From Eledone cirrhosa (lineage: Eukaryota), in assembly GCA_964016885.1 (NCBI GenBank), contig OZ024740.1, forward strand, positions 18,848,001-18,912,000: 64,000 nucleotides of DNA, read 5' to 3'. Position numbers and translations under genes: made by a program. Shown piece after piece: positions 40,019-55,203 of the stretch. The notes under the pieces were generated by a model. The model worked only from the letters and a program-made list of their open reading frames with translations, did no database searches and had not been told where the DNA came from. Every line of letters begins with the position of its first letter. Position 1 is the first letter of the stretch.

Positions 40019-42394
40019 CCGTTTTATAATCCCTCCGATAAATCATTCGACCTGCAACGAGTCCACGCCACGACTTTACCATTTAACAAACGCACGCAGT
40101 TGCCGTCGCAGGTCGATGAACAAACAGAAGCACAATTTAGTATAGCTAAATCCGAACTTAGAAATATTATAGAACAGTATAACAAGAAGCATAATAGAAT
40201 AGAGGCCCAGCCACTGGGAGAAAAATCTGCAAATGGCTTGCGTAAGCTCATGCAGCGCTCACGTAATGGAGAGATAGCATGCTTTCCAACAGACAAGTCT
40301 GGCAGAATGTCGGTTGACAGCCTGCCAAACTACATCCAGGCAATGCAACCCCACATCACTAACACAAGAGAGGTAACACCACAGGAGCATGAGGATAGAG
40401 AAAAAGCCCTCAATGCCCATATGGTGATGTGGACGAATATAATGCAACCCAACAAAAGGACTGCCAACAACTTTCAGGCCTGGAACAATGACGTGCCGGC
40501 GTTGTATGGGCTTCGAAAAGACCATAAAACGGGCTGTGACCCTGTCGCGGGACCACCAACACGGCCAGTCTGTGGAGCTAACATTGCTAGTAACTACAGA
40601 CTGTCCTACTTCCTCTCGCTGATCATACGCCCCATCATTGAGATGTCCCCAGATGTATGTGACAGCACGGAGGACCTCCTCAGCAGAATCGGCGTGAGTA
40701 ACCGATCTGGGGACCTAACAAACTGCATAATAGGCAGTATGGATGTTGTGTCCCTGTATCCATCTATTGACGTGGATTTTGCTGTGGAGAAATGCGTAGA
40801 AATGATCAGCGAGAGCAAGGTTGAATTCCGTGGGATTGATACCAGTGAGCTGGGACTCCTACTTAAACTTACCTATAGTAATGATTATCTAGATACATAT
40901 GACCTTAGCAACCTGTGCCCTACAAGACCAGCAAGAGGCAGACCACCTACCATTACCTCAATGGCCAAGAAAACCCACACAGATAGATGGAACGGGTGAA
41001 CCAGAGCCATACGGACACCCGAAAACCACGATGAACTGAAGAAAATGATTGCACATGCGGTAGGGGCCAGCATAAAATTAACCCTTAAGGAACATATGTT
41101 CAAATTTAATGGAAAAACATATGCCCAAGAGGAAGGAGCAGCCATTGGTGTTAGCATTGCAGGCGACATAGCTAACTTATTCATGGTATGGTGGGACAGT
41201 AGACTTAAACTTAAACTTAAAGAACAATTAGAAGACAGCTTAACCCTGATAATGTACTCCCGCTACGTAGATGATATAAACATCGTAGTTAAGACACCCC
41301 CACTAGAGAACAGTCAGGAACTAGAGAAAAACACAATGGAAAGCATCCAGCAAATAGCAAACTCCATCCACCAGAGCATTAGAGTTACTATAGACTACCC
41401 AAGTAGACACCCCAACCATCGATTACCTGTACTAGACACAGAGCTCTGGTTAGATACCATTAACAACCAAAAACAAATCCTCCATTTCCATTATGCCAAA
41501 CCCATGACTTCCAAACATCTGATCCACCGAAACTCGGCCATTTCGGACCATACCAAAATCAACATACTGATTGCGGATTTGGTACGGGTGATGAGAAATG
41601 TGTCCCGCATGTGCAACCCCGAAGAACTAGAGAGACACATACAACACTTCATCCACCGTATGCAGTTCTCTGGCTACAATCAGAGAGATAGAATCAGAGT
41701 GTATAGAGGAGCCAGAACCAAATGGGAACAAATGGTAAATAATGACATAAATGGGACCTGCCCCTTGTATAGGAGCAAATTTTGGAATAGAATAGAAAGA
41801 ACTAGGAACAAGGCCAATAGAATAAACTCATGGTATGATAGCAATAAATACCAGAGTGTAATGTTCATCAATACAACCCCTAGAGGCGAACTAGCCTACA
41901 AATTTAGAAGGGCCCTAAATAAACATAAACTCAATATTAAGATAGTAGAAAGACCAGGTACCTCCGTAAAAACACTTATTAGCAAGACATACCCGTTCCA
42001 AAGACCCTCATGTATAGATAAGAAATGTATAACCTGTAAAATAAGCCCCCATATTAACTGTAAAACTAGAAATGTAGTGTATAGCATAAGATGTACTGAA
42101 GGACAATGTAGAAACAAAAATATAGTGTACATAGGTGAGACAGCTCGTAGTATAGGGGAACGGATAAATGAACACTGGCGAGACCTTCAAGATAATAAAG
42201 AATCATCTGTACTCTACCAACATGCTAAGATAGAACACAAGGGTAAATTAGAGAACATAGAAATAAAAATAGAATCCACACACAGTAAAGATGCAACGTT
42301 TAGGCAAATTACAGAGGCAGTAAGTATAAAAGAATTACAACCAACATTAAATAGAAAATATGAGTGGAACAGCAACATCACAACTTACAATTAA
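40019..42394 (+). pseudogene. PLE RT/GIY-YIG ORF interrupted only by one in-frame TGA (40997-40999)
   Basis: ORFs 40100..40999 and 41045..42394 share a frame: TDKSG, KDHK, RPV, SMDVVSLYPSI, GAAIG, RYVDD, LPVLD, VVYSIRC..YIGETARS..R..EH, E..LN. Confidence 0.9.
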
Positions 42395-42596
42395 GGACAA
42401 AATGAAAACACACACACATAGAACAAACAACCAACCAACAACATGTAAATAAATAAACAAATAGATAAATGAACACAAACACACACAGACACCCGGATGT
42501 GGCGCATGCGCAAACTGAGCACACAACACACACACAGAAACAAAATGGCGCAGGACAGAAGAAAGGAAAGGCACGGAAACAAAGAAAGGAATCCCC

Positions 42597-42641
42597 AGTC
42601 ACTGAAGAGGTCACAGAGTGTGTGACGAAAGGACTATGACT
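42597..42641 (+). ncRNA. Minimal hammerhead in the PLE 3' region
   Basis: agtca-CTGAAGA-g-gtcaca-gagtg-tgtgac-GAAA-ggac-TA-tgact. Confidence 0.75.
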
Positions 42642-42824
42642 ATATATAAACAACTATCTGGTTGTGGAACCAACCAACCAACCAGAAATTTATAAGTTTG
42701 TAGATTTGTAAATTTATAAATTTATAAATATATAATAAATTGAAGTGAAAGCAACTGGTGCGTGTGTTTCTTATTGGCAACATGACCCTCCCAAAGTATA
42801 ACAATATATATATATATATATGTA

Positions 42825-42919
<95 letters not shown>

Positions 42920-43053
42920 CGAAGGAAATGTGGTAAGGAACCAGGTGGACCATAACGCACCAAGGTACTCAATACTTAGGGTAATAGAGTGGGTAATAGG
43001 AAGGAATAGGACCCCGACGGCTGAGCTCAAGCCGTTTCGACGGCTAGTTCTGT

Positions 43054-43156
<103 letters not shown>

Positions 43157-43767
43157 GGTGGCTGCCAACTCCTTTTCGAGTACGGCCACTACTTTATATC
43201 CATGTAGGAGAACGCCTACCGATGCGCTGAACGAGTGTGACTCTTTAGTCCAGCCAGCGACTTGAAAACTCTGGTACAAACACTACACCTGTGACAATTA
43301 TTGACACATAGTGCTGGGCCCATGGTACCATGTGACGACAAGTGCAGAGAGATCTCCAGATATAAAGCAATGCCTGTGCCGTGAAGCTTTTATAGTGAGC
43401 AAAGGCACTGCACAAAGCCAGTCCCACTCTCTTAACCAAGATGATATTTACCAAAAGGAAGAACAAGTCAACATCATTGGATACCATCAGGGTTGCAGGT
43501 GTTATATCAGAGTGTTCCTTCTCCTAGAATTCTGCCTTGACAAAGGCTAAGAGGTCATCTCTCCCAGTGACTTTGGATGGCCATTGACTCTTAAGAGGTC
43601 CTTTGCCCTTTGACAGGTTTTGTTTTTAGTCCTGCAGGATGTCCAAAGTCACCCTCCTCACCAAGAAACCTTGGTGGGGTTGCCAGTCTAGTCGCCAACG
43701 ACCCGACCATGAGACAGGTTGTACTGGGATATATGTTACCAGTAGCACAAACTGGTGACCTGACACA
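43157..43767 (-). mobile_element. Non-autonomous RTE family B, full-length
   Basis: Reverse complement of 17091-17701. Confidence 0.9.
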
Positions 43768-43809
43768 ATATATACATACATGCATGCATACATACATACT
43801 TATATACGT

Positions 43810-43908
<99 letters not shown>

Positions 43909-44027
43909 TATTGCTATGTGCCAGGTGGTGCTATTAAGCTAGACATGGCCTGGGCCAATACTGGTCGAAAGTTATCAAAGTTATATAGATACATATGTAT
44001 ATATATACATATATGTATATATATACA

Positions 44028-44154
<127 letters not shown>

Positions 44155-44185
44155 GTGTGTGTGTGTGTATGTACGTGTGTGTGTG

Positions 44186-44217
<32 letters not shown>

Positions 44218-46085
44218 ATGGAAAAATTTGAACAGGGACAAAAGAGAGAGGCAGTACAATAAATGTTTATTAATTTCACGCTCAGGAGAGTGGGGTGTAG
44301 ATGGGGGACGACGTTTCTGGCATAAGCCCTTCCTCAGGTGAGAAGTGTGTGGGAACAGAGTTCAAAAGGTGTGTAGGGGAGTGGTGGAGAGACATATAGC
44401 GAAAGGAAACGGTGCGAATGAAAAATAACAAATAAAGATAAAAATAAAAATAAAAAGGAATGAGATAAATTTAAAAATAAAGGTATGATCAAAATAAACT
44501 GAAATTAAAAGGGGGGTAAACGGGTGGTGGAAGGGTGTGGGGTGGTGGCGGGTGGAGTGGGGAGAGGGAGACGGGGTGTCCGAGCGGGGAGGGCTGAAGG
44601 TGGTGTGTGTGTGTAGGTGTGCGTGTGTGTGTGTGTGTGTGTATGTGAAAGTAAGGGTTGGGGGAAGAACGGGGTTGCATGTTCAGGAAGAGGTGTGTGT
44701 GGGGGGTGTTTTTGTGGGTCGGAGTGTCTGTGCGCGTGTGGATAGGGGGGTGGGGGGAGAGGAATCAGGAGGCTGAGGGTGTAAATATGTGGTGGAAAGC
44801 ACGTGTGTGTGGGGTTTAAGCGTGTTTTGGGTGTGGGTGGCGTGTGGAGAAAATTTTTTTTGGGGGTGTGTGTGTGGGTGAGTTATATAGGTGATTACGT
44901 AAGAGGATGGTTGAAAAGTTGGTAAATTCCAAGGATGTTTAGTGGATTGGTTGTAAGTCAATTTTTGCGTGTGGGTAATCCATGAAGCGGTGGTCGGAAG
45001 AGGAGAGATGTGGGGTGCGCGCGCAACAGGAAGTGGTCAGCAGTGGGAGTGCTGTGGTCTGTTAGTGCTGGGAGGTGGTCAGAGGGCATAGCAGCAGTTG
45101 GTGGAATGGTAAGGGGGCGAGGATGGGTAGGTGTGAAAGTTGGAGTGAGGAGGGTGTGTGTGTGTGTGTGTGTATTAGTAGGGGTGTGTGGGATGAGTGA
45201 GTGTGGAGCGAGGGTGTGGGTGGAGCGGGGAGAGAAGGGTGTGTGTGGTTCTATGGAGGGAGTGTGGTGTGCTGGTGTGTGTGTAGTTTGATGAAGAGGT
45301 GTTAGTGGGTGTTAGTATACGGGAGATGGAGAGGGGTTGAATGCAGGTGTGAGTGGGGGTTAGTGGTGGTAGGGTGTGTAGAGTTGGTGGTGTACGAGGG
45401 TGTGTGGGTACGTGTGCGTGGGGTTGGAGGGTGTTAGTGATGTTAGTTGCGTGTGGGGTGGGTGGTGTAAGTGGGTGCGTATGTTCGTGTGCTTGGGGTT
45501 AGGGGGTGTTAGTGAGGTTAGTTGCGGGGTGGTGGGATGGAGGTGTGGGGGTGAGGGTTAGTGGTGGTAGTCGGGTGTGTGTTTAGTGTGAGCGCGTGTA
45601 TATATGTGCCGGTGGGTGTGTGCGTGTGATAAGGAGGGGGAGGAGGAGAAGAGGGGAGGGAAGGGATGTTAGTATGTTAGTTGGGGAAGGGTGGTCAGAT
45701 GAGGGGTGAAGTGGGGGTGTTAGTATTGTTAGTGTGGGGTGGGCGGTGAAAAGGAGGGGTGTGTTAGTGGTGTTAGTGGGGGATAAGTGTGGGGGGAGGG
45801 GGGCGGTCGAACGCTAAAGGAATAAGGGTGGGGAGTTCAGGCCGGGGGGAGACTGGGTCTGTAAGATGAAGATAGTTCGTTGTTCGACCGTAAGGCGATG
45901 GGCGGGTGTTCCGTGGCACTGGAGTAGGCCACAGACTGTGAGATGGCGTGCGGAGTGTCCAGGGCCACCAAAGTGGCGGGCGATGGGGGAACTGCCCCCG
46001 AGACCAATATCCCGGAGGTGCTCCGTGACTCGGTCCGCCAGGCGACGTCCCGTCTGTCCGACTAGGTTGGAGGAGGTGCAGCGGA
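44218..46085 (-). mobile_element. 5'-truncated Penelope-like element (GIY-YIG end, long low-complexity 3'UTR, degenerate hammerhead at 44309-44340)
   Basis: ORF 45814..46122: VGQTGRRLADRVTEH..IARHF...H..E..I..L....PPGLN; terminus matches 53035-53460. Confidence 0.82.
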
Positions 46086-46114
46086 AGGCATGCCGGACCG
46101 AGAGAGAAAGGTGA

Positions 46115-46256
46115 AGGCGCATGACTTAGTGGTTAGAGAATTGGCCTTGCAATCGAAAGGTTGTGAGTTCAATTCTCAGACCGGGTGATGTGTTGTTTCC
46201 TTGAGCAAGACACTTTATTTCACGCTGCTCCAGTTTACTCAGCTGCAGAAATGAGA
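46115..46256 (+). mobile_element. Second tRNA-derived SINE family with CORE-like body
   Basis: TGACTTAGTGG (box A), GAGTTCAATTC (box B), CCTTGAGCAAGACACTT. Confidence 0.75.
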
Positions 46257-46797
46257 TGATAGGACTTGGGTCCCTATCATTAAATTACCCAAGACACCTC
46301 CAGCGAGATATATCTTGGCGGAGGCCAGCTAAACCTGCATACGTGTGAGCTGTCTCACACACACACACACATAAAGCACCATCATTTATATAACTATACA
46401 TATACACATTAATATACATGCTTATACATACACTATATACACCATCTTTTATTTTCGGCGTCGCTAAAGTAGAAAAATGTTGATTAATGAGCACAATACT
46501 CTCTAAAAGATCAAATTATGTTTATGATTAGGACCCCTCTTTAGCACTGTTATTTAAAATAGCAACAGCCCTGTTCGGATCGGATGGGTGCGGTTCTGAT
46601 TGACACCTTGCTTTGGTATTATTAGGGCCAATGTCGTTGACGCCACCTTAAATGGCTCATCAATCCAGGAAGAAAAATAGATATTATAACACACATGTGC
46701 AGTCGTGTTTCTCACCTACGTGAGTATAATTGGCGTGACATACATATATACATTCACATACATACATATATACATACGTACATATATACATATACAT

Positions 46798-47249
46798 GGT
46801 GGCTGCCAACTCGTTTTCAAGTACGGCCACTACTTTATATCCATGTAGGAGAACCCCTACCGATGCTCTGAACGAGTGTGACTTTTTAGTCCAGCCAGCG
46901 ACTTGAAAACTCTGGTACAAACACTACACTTGTGACAATTACTGACACATAGTGCTGGGCCCATGGTACCATGTGACGACAAGTGCAGAGAGATCTCCAG
47001 ATATAAAGCAATGCCTGTGCTGTGAAGCTTTTATAGTGAGCAAAGGCACTGCACAAAGCCAGTCCCACTCTCTTAACCAAGATGATATTTACCAAAAAGA
47101 AGAACAAGTCAACATCATTGGATACCATCAGGGTTGCAGGTGTAATATCAGAGTGTTCCTTCTAGAATTCTGCCTTGACAAAGGCTAAGGGGTCATCTCT
47201 CCCGGTGATTTTGGATGGCCATTGACTCTTAAGAGCTCCTTTGCCCTTT
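46798..47249 (-). mobile_element. Non-autonomous RTE family B, 5'-truncated
   Basis: Reverse complement of 28196-28650. Confidence 0.9.
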
Positions 47250-47429
47250 TATATATACATATATGCATGCATACATACATACTTATATACGTACATACAC
47301 ATACATATATACATACATGCATAGATTCCTGGTGGAAAGTCAGGTGTACTAAGGGTTGGTGTCCAGTTTCGAGATATATATATATATATGTTATATATAT
47401 AATACATTTATGTATATATATATAATACA

Positions 47430-47537
<108 letters not shown>

Positions 47538-47593
47538 GAGAAGAAAGAAGAATACTGCGTGGTTGCACATGGGTTACATATGATAAAAATAGT

Positions 47594-47656
<63 letters not shown>

Positions 47657-47978
47657 GATATATATATGTATATATATATATATATATCTCCTTATAATAT
47701 ATAACTACCAATTTCTCTGTCTGTCTCTGTCCGACAGTGGAAACACGTGCGCGCGTGGTTGCTATCTCTCTCTCTCTCCAGCTATCCCTCTCTTTTAGTC
47801 TGTCTGTTTCTCTCACTCTCACTCTTTCTCTTTGTAACACACTAACATTCCTCCCCTCTATCGCTGTGACGAATGGGGAGATGGAGGAGGAGGAGGAGGA
47901 GGAGGAGAGAGTCACTTCGTCACTTCACCTCTGCTTTTCTTTCTTTCCCCTATCACTCCCTCATTACGTACAGACATT

Positions 47979-48172
47979 AGGGCGGTGGATGGGCAGAATC
48001 TGTAGAGAGTCGGACACCATGCTTCATAGCATGGAGTTACGTCCCTTTACGGTCTGAGTTCAAATACCGCCGAGGTTAACTTTGTCTTTCATCCTCACGG
48101 GGTCGATAAAATAAAGTACCAGTAATGTACTGGGTAATTGCTGGCCTTGTGCCAAAAGTAGAAACAATTATT
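47979..48172 (+). mobile_element. tRNA-derived SINE
   Basis: Head, box B and shared body. Confidence 0.88.
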
Positions 48173-48364
48173 AGAAACATTGCTTCATTTTTACATATCT
48201 AAGCATTAGTAAAATAACTAATAATTTCAAAAGTAATTTTTCAATTCCAATTGTTATGAACAGCAAAACATTAATAATAATTTTGTTCTAAGAAATATAT
48301 ATACATTTGTGTGTGTGTAATATATATATATATATACACACAGAAATATATATACATTTCTGTG

Positions 48365-48427
<63 letters not shown>

Positions 48428-48453
48428 GAAATATATATACATTTCTGTGTGTG

Positions 48454-48489
<36 letters not shown>

Positions 48490-48500
<11 letters not shown>

Positions 48501-48518
48501 GAAATATATGGGCATTTC

Positions 48519-48553
<35 letters not shown>

Positions 48554-49057
48554 TTCCCTAAAACTCAAATGTAGGTGCTACAGAAATATTACCTTCCTCT
48601 TCCTTTCTCTACTTTGGTACTACCAAGAGAAACACTGTCGCTATAGAAACATTACCGTCCCCTGTCCACTGACTTTGGTCACTGAGGCCGAGGGAATCGC
48701 TGGTTGCTATAGAGACACCTTGCACAAGCCAGAAGTAACCAGTTCGAGGCGGTTCTGACTTGACACCATGCCAACGACCATTTGAAGATATATTTCCATC
48801 GTTATATCAAAACGTTTATGTATCATAATGTTTATATTTCCGTCACTAATCTCTTTTTCTCCTTTTTCGTTTTAACATATATTTATTTCAAAGATTTCAC
48901 CGTATAGATAACATATATATTTATACATGCATAAAAGACACACCGAGAGAAGGTGAACATGTGGTGCCGAAAACATTTCTCATCCAAATCTCAACAATAT
49001 CAGTATATACACTAGATTTGCTAGCAGAAAACCGCCCACCGGGTGGTTTTCTGCTAG
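48490..49057 (+). mobile_element. Non-autonomous Helitron (5' end uncertain)
   Basis: Ends ..GGTTTTCTGCTAG|T; 3' part homologous to the reverse complement of 60152-60400; (GTCT)n near the 5' side. Confidence 0.55.
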
Positions 49058-50553
49058 TCTATATATATAAAACTGAAGATGTCTGTCTGTCTATCTGTCA
49101 CTGTAACCGCATGCATTTCTACATTTTACAACCAGTTTGCACCAAATTTCAGACATAGGTTTCTCAAGTCCTATTACGCGTCGTAGGCTGTTTTATTTTT
49201 CCGTACATCTATTGTGCCCCAGCGGCAGATAACCCCCTTAAACCTCTCGCTTGGAGTCACCAGTACTCTCATCTTCACCAAAATTAATCTTTCGTTTGCT
49301 TATGGCCTACAAATAAATTTGCAGACATGCACTTGCACAGAAATTCAGGTAGGGGACCCCTTGGGGGGCAGTAAACCGACTTGATGAATGTTGAAGTTGA
49401 TATCATCAATGCAACAAAACGTCATAACTGCTTGAGTTGGTGTTTGGTTTTCACGAAGCGAGACGTATTGGTTACCCATAGCTTATAAAAGAAGGTGAAC
49501 ACATGAACTTTTACTTGAACTTATCAAGGGGACCCCTGGGGGTGGAAGGGGAGGGGGGTTAGTAAGCCCCTTCGATTTATCTATTGAAGTTCACATTAAC
49601 ACTGTATTAGTACCTGATAACTTTTGAAGTTTACATTCGATTTTAACTTTACCGGACACATTGGTTACCCATTGCCTAAAGATGATGTTGAAGACACTGT
49701 CTATACCCAGAACAAGCAAGGAGACCCCCAGGGGGAAATAAGCCCCGGCGAGTCATTTATTGAATTTGGCTATTGTAATGCAGCAAAGCGTCATAGCTTC
49801 GATAATTGGTAGTCCAATAAAATGAATTTCAACTTAGTTGCTATTCATGTACTACAGATGAAGATACAGTGAGGCACATTTACTTTCATTTCAATTCAGC
49901 AAGAGGGCCCCCATCAGCCCAATTCATTAACCTATAAAAGTTCAAACTGCCACAATAAAAAAGCACCATAACCTCGGGAGTTTATACTTGATTCGTACAA
50001 AAACTAAACGAAATGGTTATTGCCTGCCATAAGATAAAGCACTACTCATTCGTTATCACTTGAATTTTGTAAGGGAACCCCCTATGGGGGGGGGGGGAGC
50101 AATGAACCCCTTTGGACCACTTTTAAAGTTCATATTATGGTCGCAGCAAAGCGTTTCAACTTCAGGAAATAAAAGTCAATTTAAACGAAAGTTGACGCAT
50201 CAATTACTCATGTCCTACACATGGAGTTGCGAATTTTAAATCCCCCTGACTTGACTTTAGTTTGTTTAGTTAACTTTAGGATGATTGAATTGAATTTTTC
50301 ACCCGGTTGTCTCCCCCGTGTAATTGCATCACAATTAAGTGCGGAATGAGGAGTTAAATTTTTATCGTTGGACTTTGGCGTCATTTCACACTCCTAACCT
50401 AGAAAGCGCGATTTAACACAGGTGTAAATTTTAACGCCTACTGTATGTGGATTGTGCTATTTTATACTCATGCCTAAACTATGCTAATGATTGATTAGTT
50501 TTTGCACCCGGTTGTCTCCCCCGATTAATTGCACCTCAATTAAGGGCGAAATG
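49058..50553 (+). mobile_element. Helitron-like 5' end followed by degenerate 170-200 bp internal repeats
   Basis: Starts TCTATATATATAAAA..(GTCT)n; AGGGGACCCC..GGGG motifs near 49351, 49527, 49719, 49903 and 50071; 54-bp repeat at about 50296 and 50500. Confidence 0.45.
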
Positions 50554-50554
50554 G

Positions 50555-51500
50555 CGACCTCTGGCCAACCACACATCAGTGCAACATGGCCTCAGACAGA
50601 TTAGCGCACCATCTCGATCAGCACACCCTCGCATGTTTTCGCTCGGCCTCGCAACCCCACAGCGGTGCATGGCTCAATGACTTACCCTCCTTTTCAACTG
50701 ACATGCAGCTAGATAATGATAACCTGCGCATTGGGGTTTCCCTGATCTCGGCCTCCGGATCTGTGAGTTACACAAATGCCACTGCGGTCCACCGTAGACA
50801 CTTTCGGCCTTCACCCGCTGTCGTATCGCTACAGTGCCGGACGCCTTCCACGCCCTGCTGCTCTCAATGAGGTCATAAAGCATGGCTTGGATGCTGCAGG
50901 CTTCCTCTCCCAGATCAGGTTGGTGGGGCTGGACCAAGGGGACGGCAAAAGGCCAGAAGGCACGGCCATCTTCCCGTTCCGCGGTGGCAAACCCCTCATC
51001 TGGGATGTCACATGCAGCGACACATTCCCCAGCGGCAACCTGGTGCAGCCTGCGACTAAACCAGGCTCTGCTGCACTTGGGACTGAGGAGGGCAAACTCT
51101 CCAAATATCGGTCGCTCTCCGACAAGTTTGTGGTCGAGCCCATAGCAGTGGAGACCTCTGGTGTCATTGGCCCTAGGGCCACATCCCTACTCATCACTAT
51201 CGACACAAAGTTGACAACCTGCAGAGGTGAGCCTCGCGAGCTGGAATGGCTCTTCCAGCGTATATTCCTCAGCATCCTCCGGAGAAACGCCTTCTTTACT
51301 CTGTCCGTCGAAGCCTCGGGGTGGCCAGCGAGTGGGCCTCCGTTTGTTCATTATTAAGAGATGGGAAGATAGGGAGAGAGGGAGGTGGTTATAGTGGGAA
51401 TTTTGTTTCTATGTGTTCGGACCTGGTATACACGTGTCTGTGATTTATTTTTATTTTTCATTCATGTCTCTATATTAACAAGCTTTTGTCTATCATTAAA
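50555..51500 (+). mobile_element. CRE-clade RLE non-LTR retrotransposon, 3' fragment
   Basis: HSGAWL..LP, GKRPEG...P...GKPLIWDVTCSDT, PIAVETSG, QRI...I.R.NA. Confidence 0.85.
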
Positions 51501-51602
51501 AATCGAATCCAAATAGGAATTTTCCAGAGATTTTTTTACAAGTTACCACAGTATATTTCGTTTTGACCTTAGTAGCATTATTTTCTATTGTGATTGTGCT
51601 TA

Positions 51603-51796
51603 AGGGCGGTGGATTGGCAGTGTCGGTAGAGGGTCGGGCGTCATGCTTTGCAGCAAAGAGTTACGGCCTTTTATGATCTGAATTCAAATCCCGCCGAGGT
51701 TAAATTTGCCCTTCATCCTTACGGGGTCGATAAAATAATGTACCAGTAATACACTGGGATAATTGCTGGCCTTGTGCCAATAGTAGAAACAATTAT
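51603..51796 (+). mobile_element. tRNA-derived SINE (3' fragments also at 51995-52038, 52398-52493, 55245-55300)
   Basis: Head, box B and shared body. Confidence 0.88.
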
Positions 51797-52911
51797 TTTC
51801 TATTATCCTTAAATAGGTGGCTACATAAGCTATCTTTTAAAAGACTATGTTTTATCAATCATGCTTCTAAATATACACATTAAATTCCTTCATTTAAATT
51901 CGAACACGCTCTTAATAAAACAGCAGAGTTTATTTATCTATACATGGGAAAGAGATCTTTTAAAAAAATATATGTAGAATACATGATTATGTTTCAGTGG
52001 GTAATTGCTGGCCTTGTGCCTAAAGTAGAAACAATTATTTTATCGGCGTCTTTTTTTTATCGTGTTTTTTTTTATCGGCGTTTATTTTTTATTTTCCCCA
52101 CTTGCCGAACAAGTTAGGGGAAACCCAGCATACATAGGTAGATGTACTTCTTTTCTTTTTTCCCTTTATCTCTTCTTCTCACTTCCTTCCACTCTCCCTC
52201 CTCTTCCTTTTCTTTTTTCCTCTTTCGCTTACCCTGAGGCAGCCCATCGGGCTTTTGTAGCCTAAGTACCCCCACCCCAGTAAATTCCATATAGCATTGG
52301 CTGAAAACGCAATACCAGCTAAAAATATAGCAGCTGTTTTAGACTCTAGTTTTTTTTATTATCTTTTATTTCATTTTAAGATATTATTATTTTTATTTAA
52401 CTTTGCCTTTCATCCTTACGGGGTCGATAAAATAAAGTACCAGTAATACACTGTGTAATTGCTGGCCTTGTGCCGAAAGTAAAAACAATTATTATTTTTA
52501 TTTATTATTTTTTTAATTTTTTATTTCAATTTATTAAATTTTGAATTTTATAACTTCCCTCTCTCAGATTCCTCCAGAATTCTTTTTCGCCTGCTTTCTA
52601 CCTAGCCTAATTTCATCCACACTCCTTAGAATTTGCTGTATAGAATTCACTTTCAACGATTGACCGACTCCACCCACTCCCCTATTGTTCTACAGGCAAG
52701 TTCAGCCACCCCCACCTCCCACCCACCGCCATGAAAGATTTAATTGTGTTTACAAGAAATTTTGACTAATCCTTTTGACAACTACAATCTTCCCATATAA
52801 GGAATTACCCCTTGAAAAGTTCGGCTATTTATTACCACGCTAAAATTCTAATTTAGTCCAAAAATAGCCGTCGAAATGGCTTGAGCTCTGCCGTCGGGGT
52901 CTTGAATATTT

Positions 52912-53465
<554 letters not shown>

Positions 53466-53617
53466 ACTAAGTGTATATATATATATATATATATATGTGT
53501 GTGGTGGTGGTGGTGGTGGTGGGGGGTTATAATTGGCTAGTGCTTGGTACAACCCTCCATACTTATAATTATATAGAAGCCATATATAAGTACAAATATT
53601 ATTATTTTTTACTATAA

Positions 53618-53687
<70 letters not shown>

Positions 53688-53706
53688 TATATATATAATA
53701 TATATA

Positions 53707-53774
<68 letters not shown>

Positions 53775-53793
53775 TATATATATAATATATATA

Positions 53794-53866
<73 letters not shown>

Positions 53867-53877
53867 TAATATATATA

Positions 53878-53951
<74 letters not shown>

Positions 53952-55161
53952 CAATAATATAACTGTATTTTTGCATTCCAGTGTTTTGTTTCACTCATTA
54001 ACTACACACACACACACATATATATATAACACACGCACAATCACACTTTCACACACGCACAATCACACTTTCACACACAAACACACACATGTACACATGT
54101 ACACACATGTGTACATGTGGACACATGTGTACATGTAGACACAGAGAGAAAGAACGAGAGTGGGAATGTTGGTGGGAAAGCGAGGGCTGATAATGAACAT
54201 ATTTTCCTGGCGCCCGCTTACTTGCTTACTCATCAACATATTCACACACACGTGCACACACAAACACACACACACATGCACATACATACACACACACGCA
54301 CACAAACACACATACACACATACACACATGCACATACATACACACACACACGCACGCAAACACACACATGCACATACATACACACACAAACGCACACACA
54401 CACACATGCACGTACATACACACACAGACGCGCACAAACACACACACGCACATGCACATACATACACACACACACAAACGCACACAAACACACCCCCACA
54501 TGCACATACACAAACACACACACATACATACACACATACACTCACACAAACACACACACATGCACAAAAACACACACACACACACGCACGCAAACAAACA
54601 CACACGCGCACATACATACACACGCACATACGCATGTTCACTTACTGGTGTTAATAATTAGACTATGGGCAACTTCCTTAGAGGAGCGTTCTGCATACTA
54701 GATAGATGTAATGTAGGGAAGAATGGTGTGATGGAAGGGGGAGGCCCTTAGAAGACCGGATGTTCATGAGCCCTTAAATGATAAAATGAAAGAAAAAAGG
54801 GAAGATATATATAAAATAAATTTAAATTCATATTAATCAAAATTAACAACTCGCCATCCAGTTTATGTGTGCGGGGTGGCGAGAGGCAGGGAGAAAAGAA
54901 TGAAAATAAAGTATCGCGTAATTGGAATGAAACCGAAACGAGAAGAAAACAAGGGTAGAAAAAGTCATGAAAAAGATCACAGAATGTGTGACAAAAAGGT
55001 CTGACAATTATATAACCATTTGGTTGCTAAACCAACCCCAATGCGTTACTGGTACTTTATTTTATCGACCCCCGTAAAGATGAAAGGCAAAGCTAACCTC
55101 GGCAAAGCTAACCCAGGACGTAAAAAGGCCGTAGCTCTAAACGGCACACACACACACACAC

Positions 55162-55203
<42 letters not shown>

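Larger units (their letters stand above)
40010..42805 (+). mobile_element. 5'-truncated Penelope-like element of the Naiad type
   Basis: RT, Cys-rich linker, C-terminal GIY-YIG; 3' region with a hammerhead; ends in (TA)n. Confidence 0.9.

Noticed and set aside
42636-42670. SECIS candidate (ATGA-N12-AA..GA)
   Set aside because: The required helix does not pair, and the ATGA overlaps hammerhead stem I.
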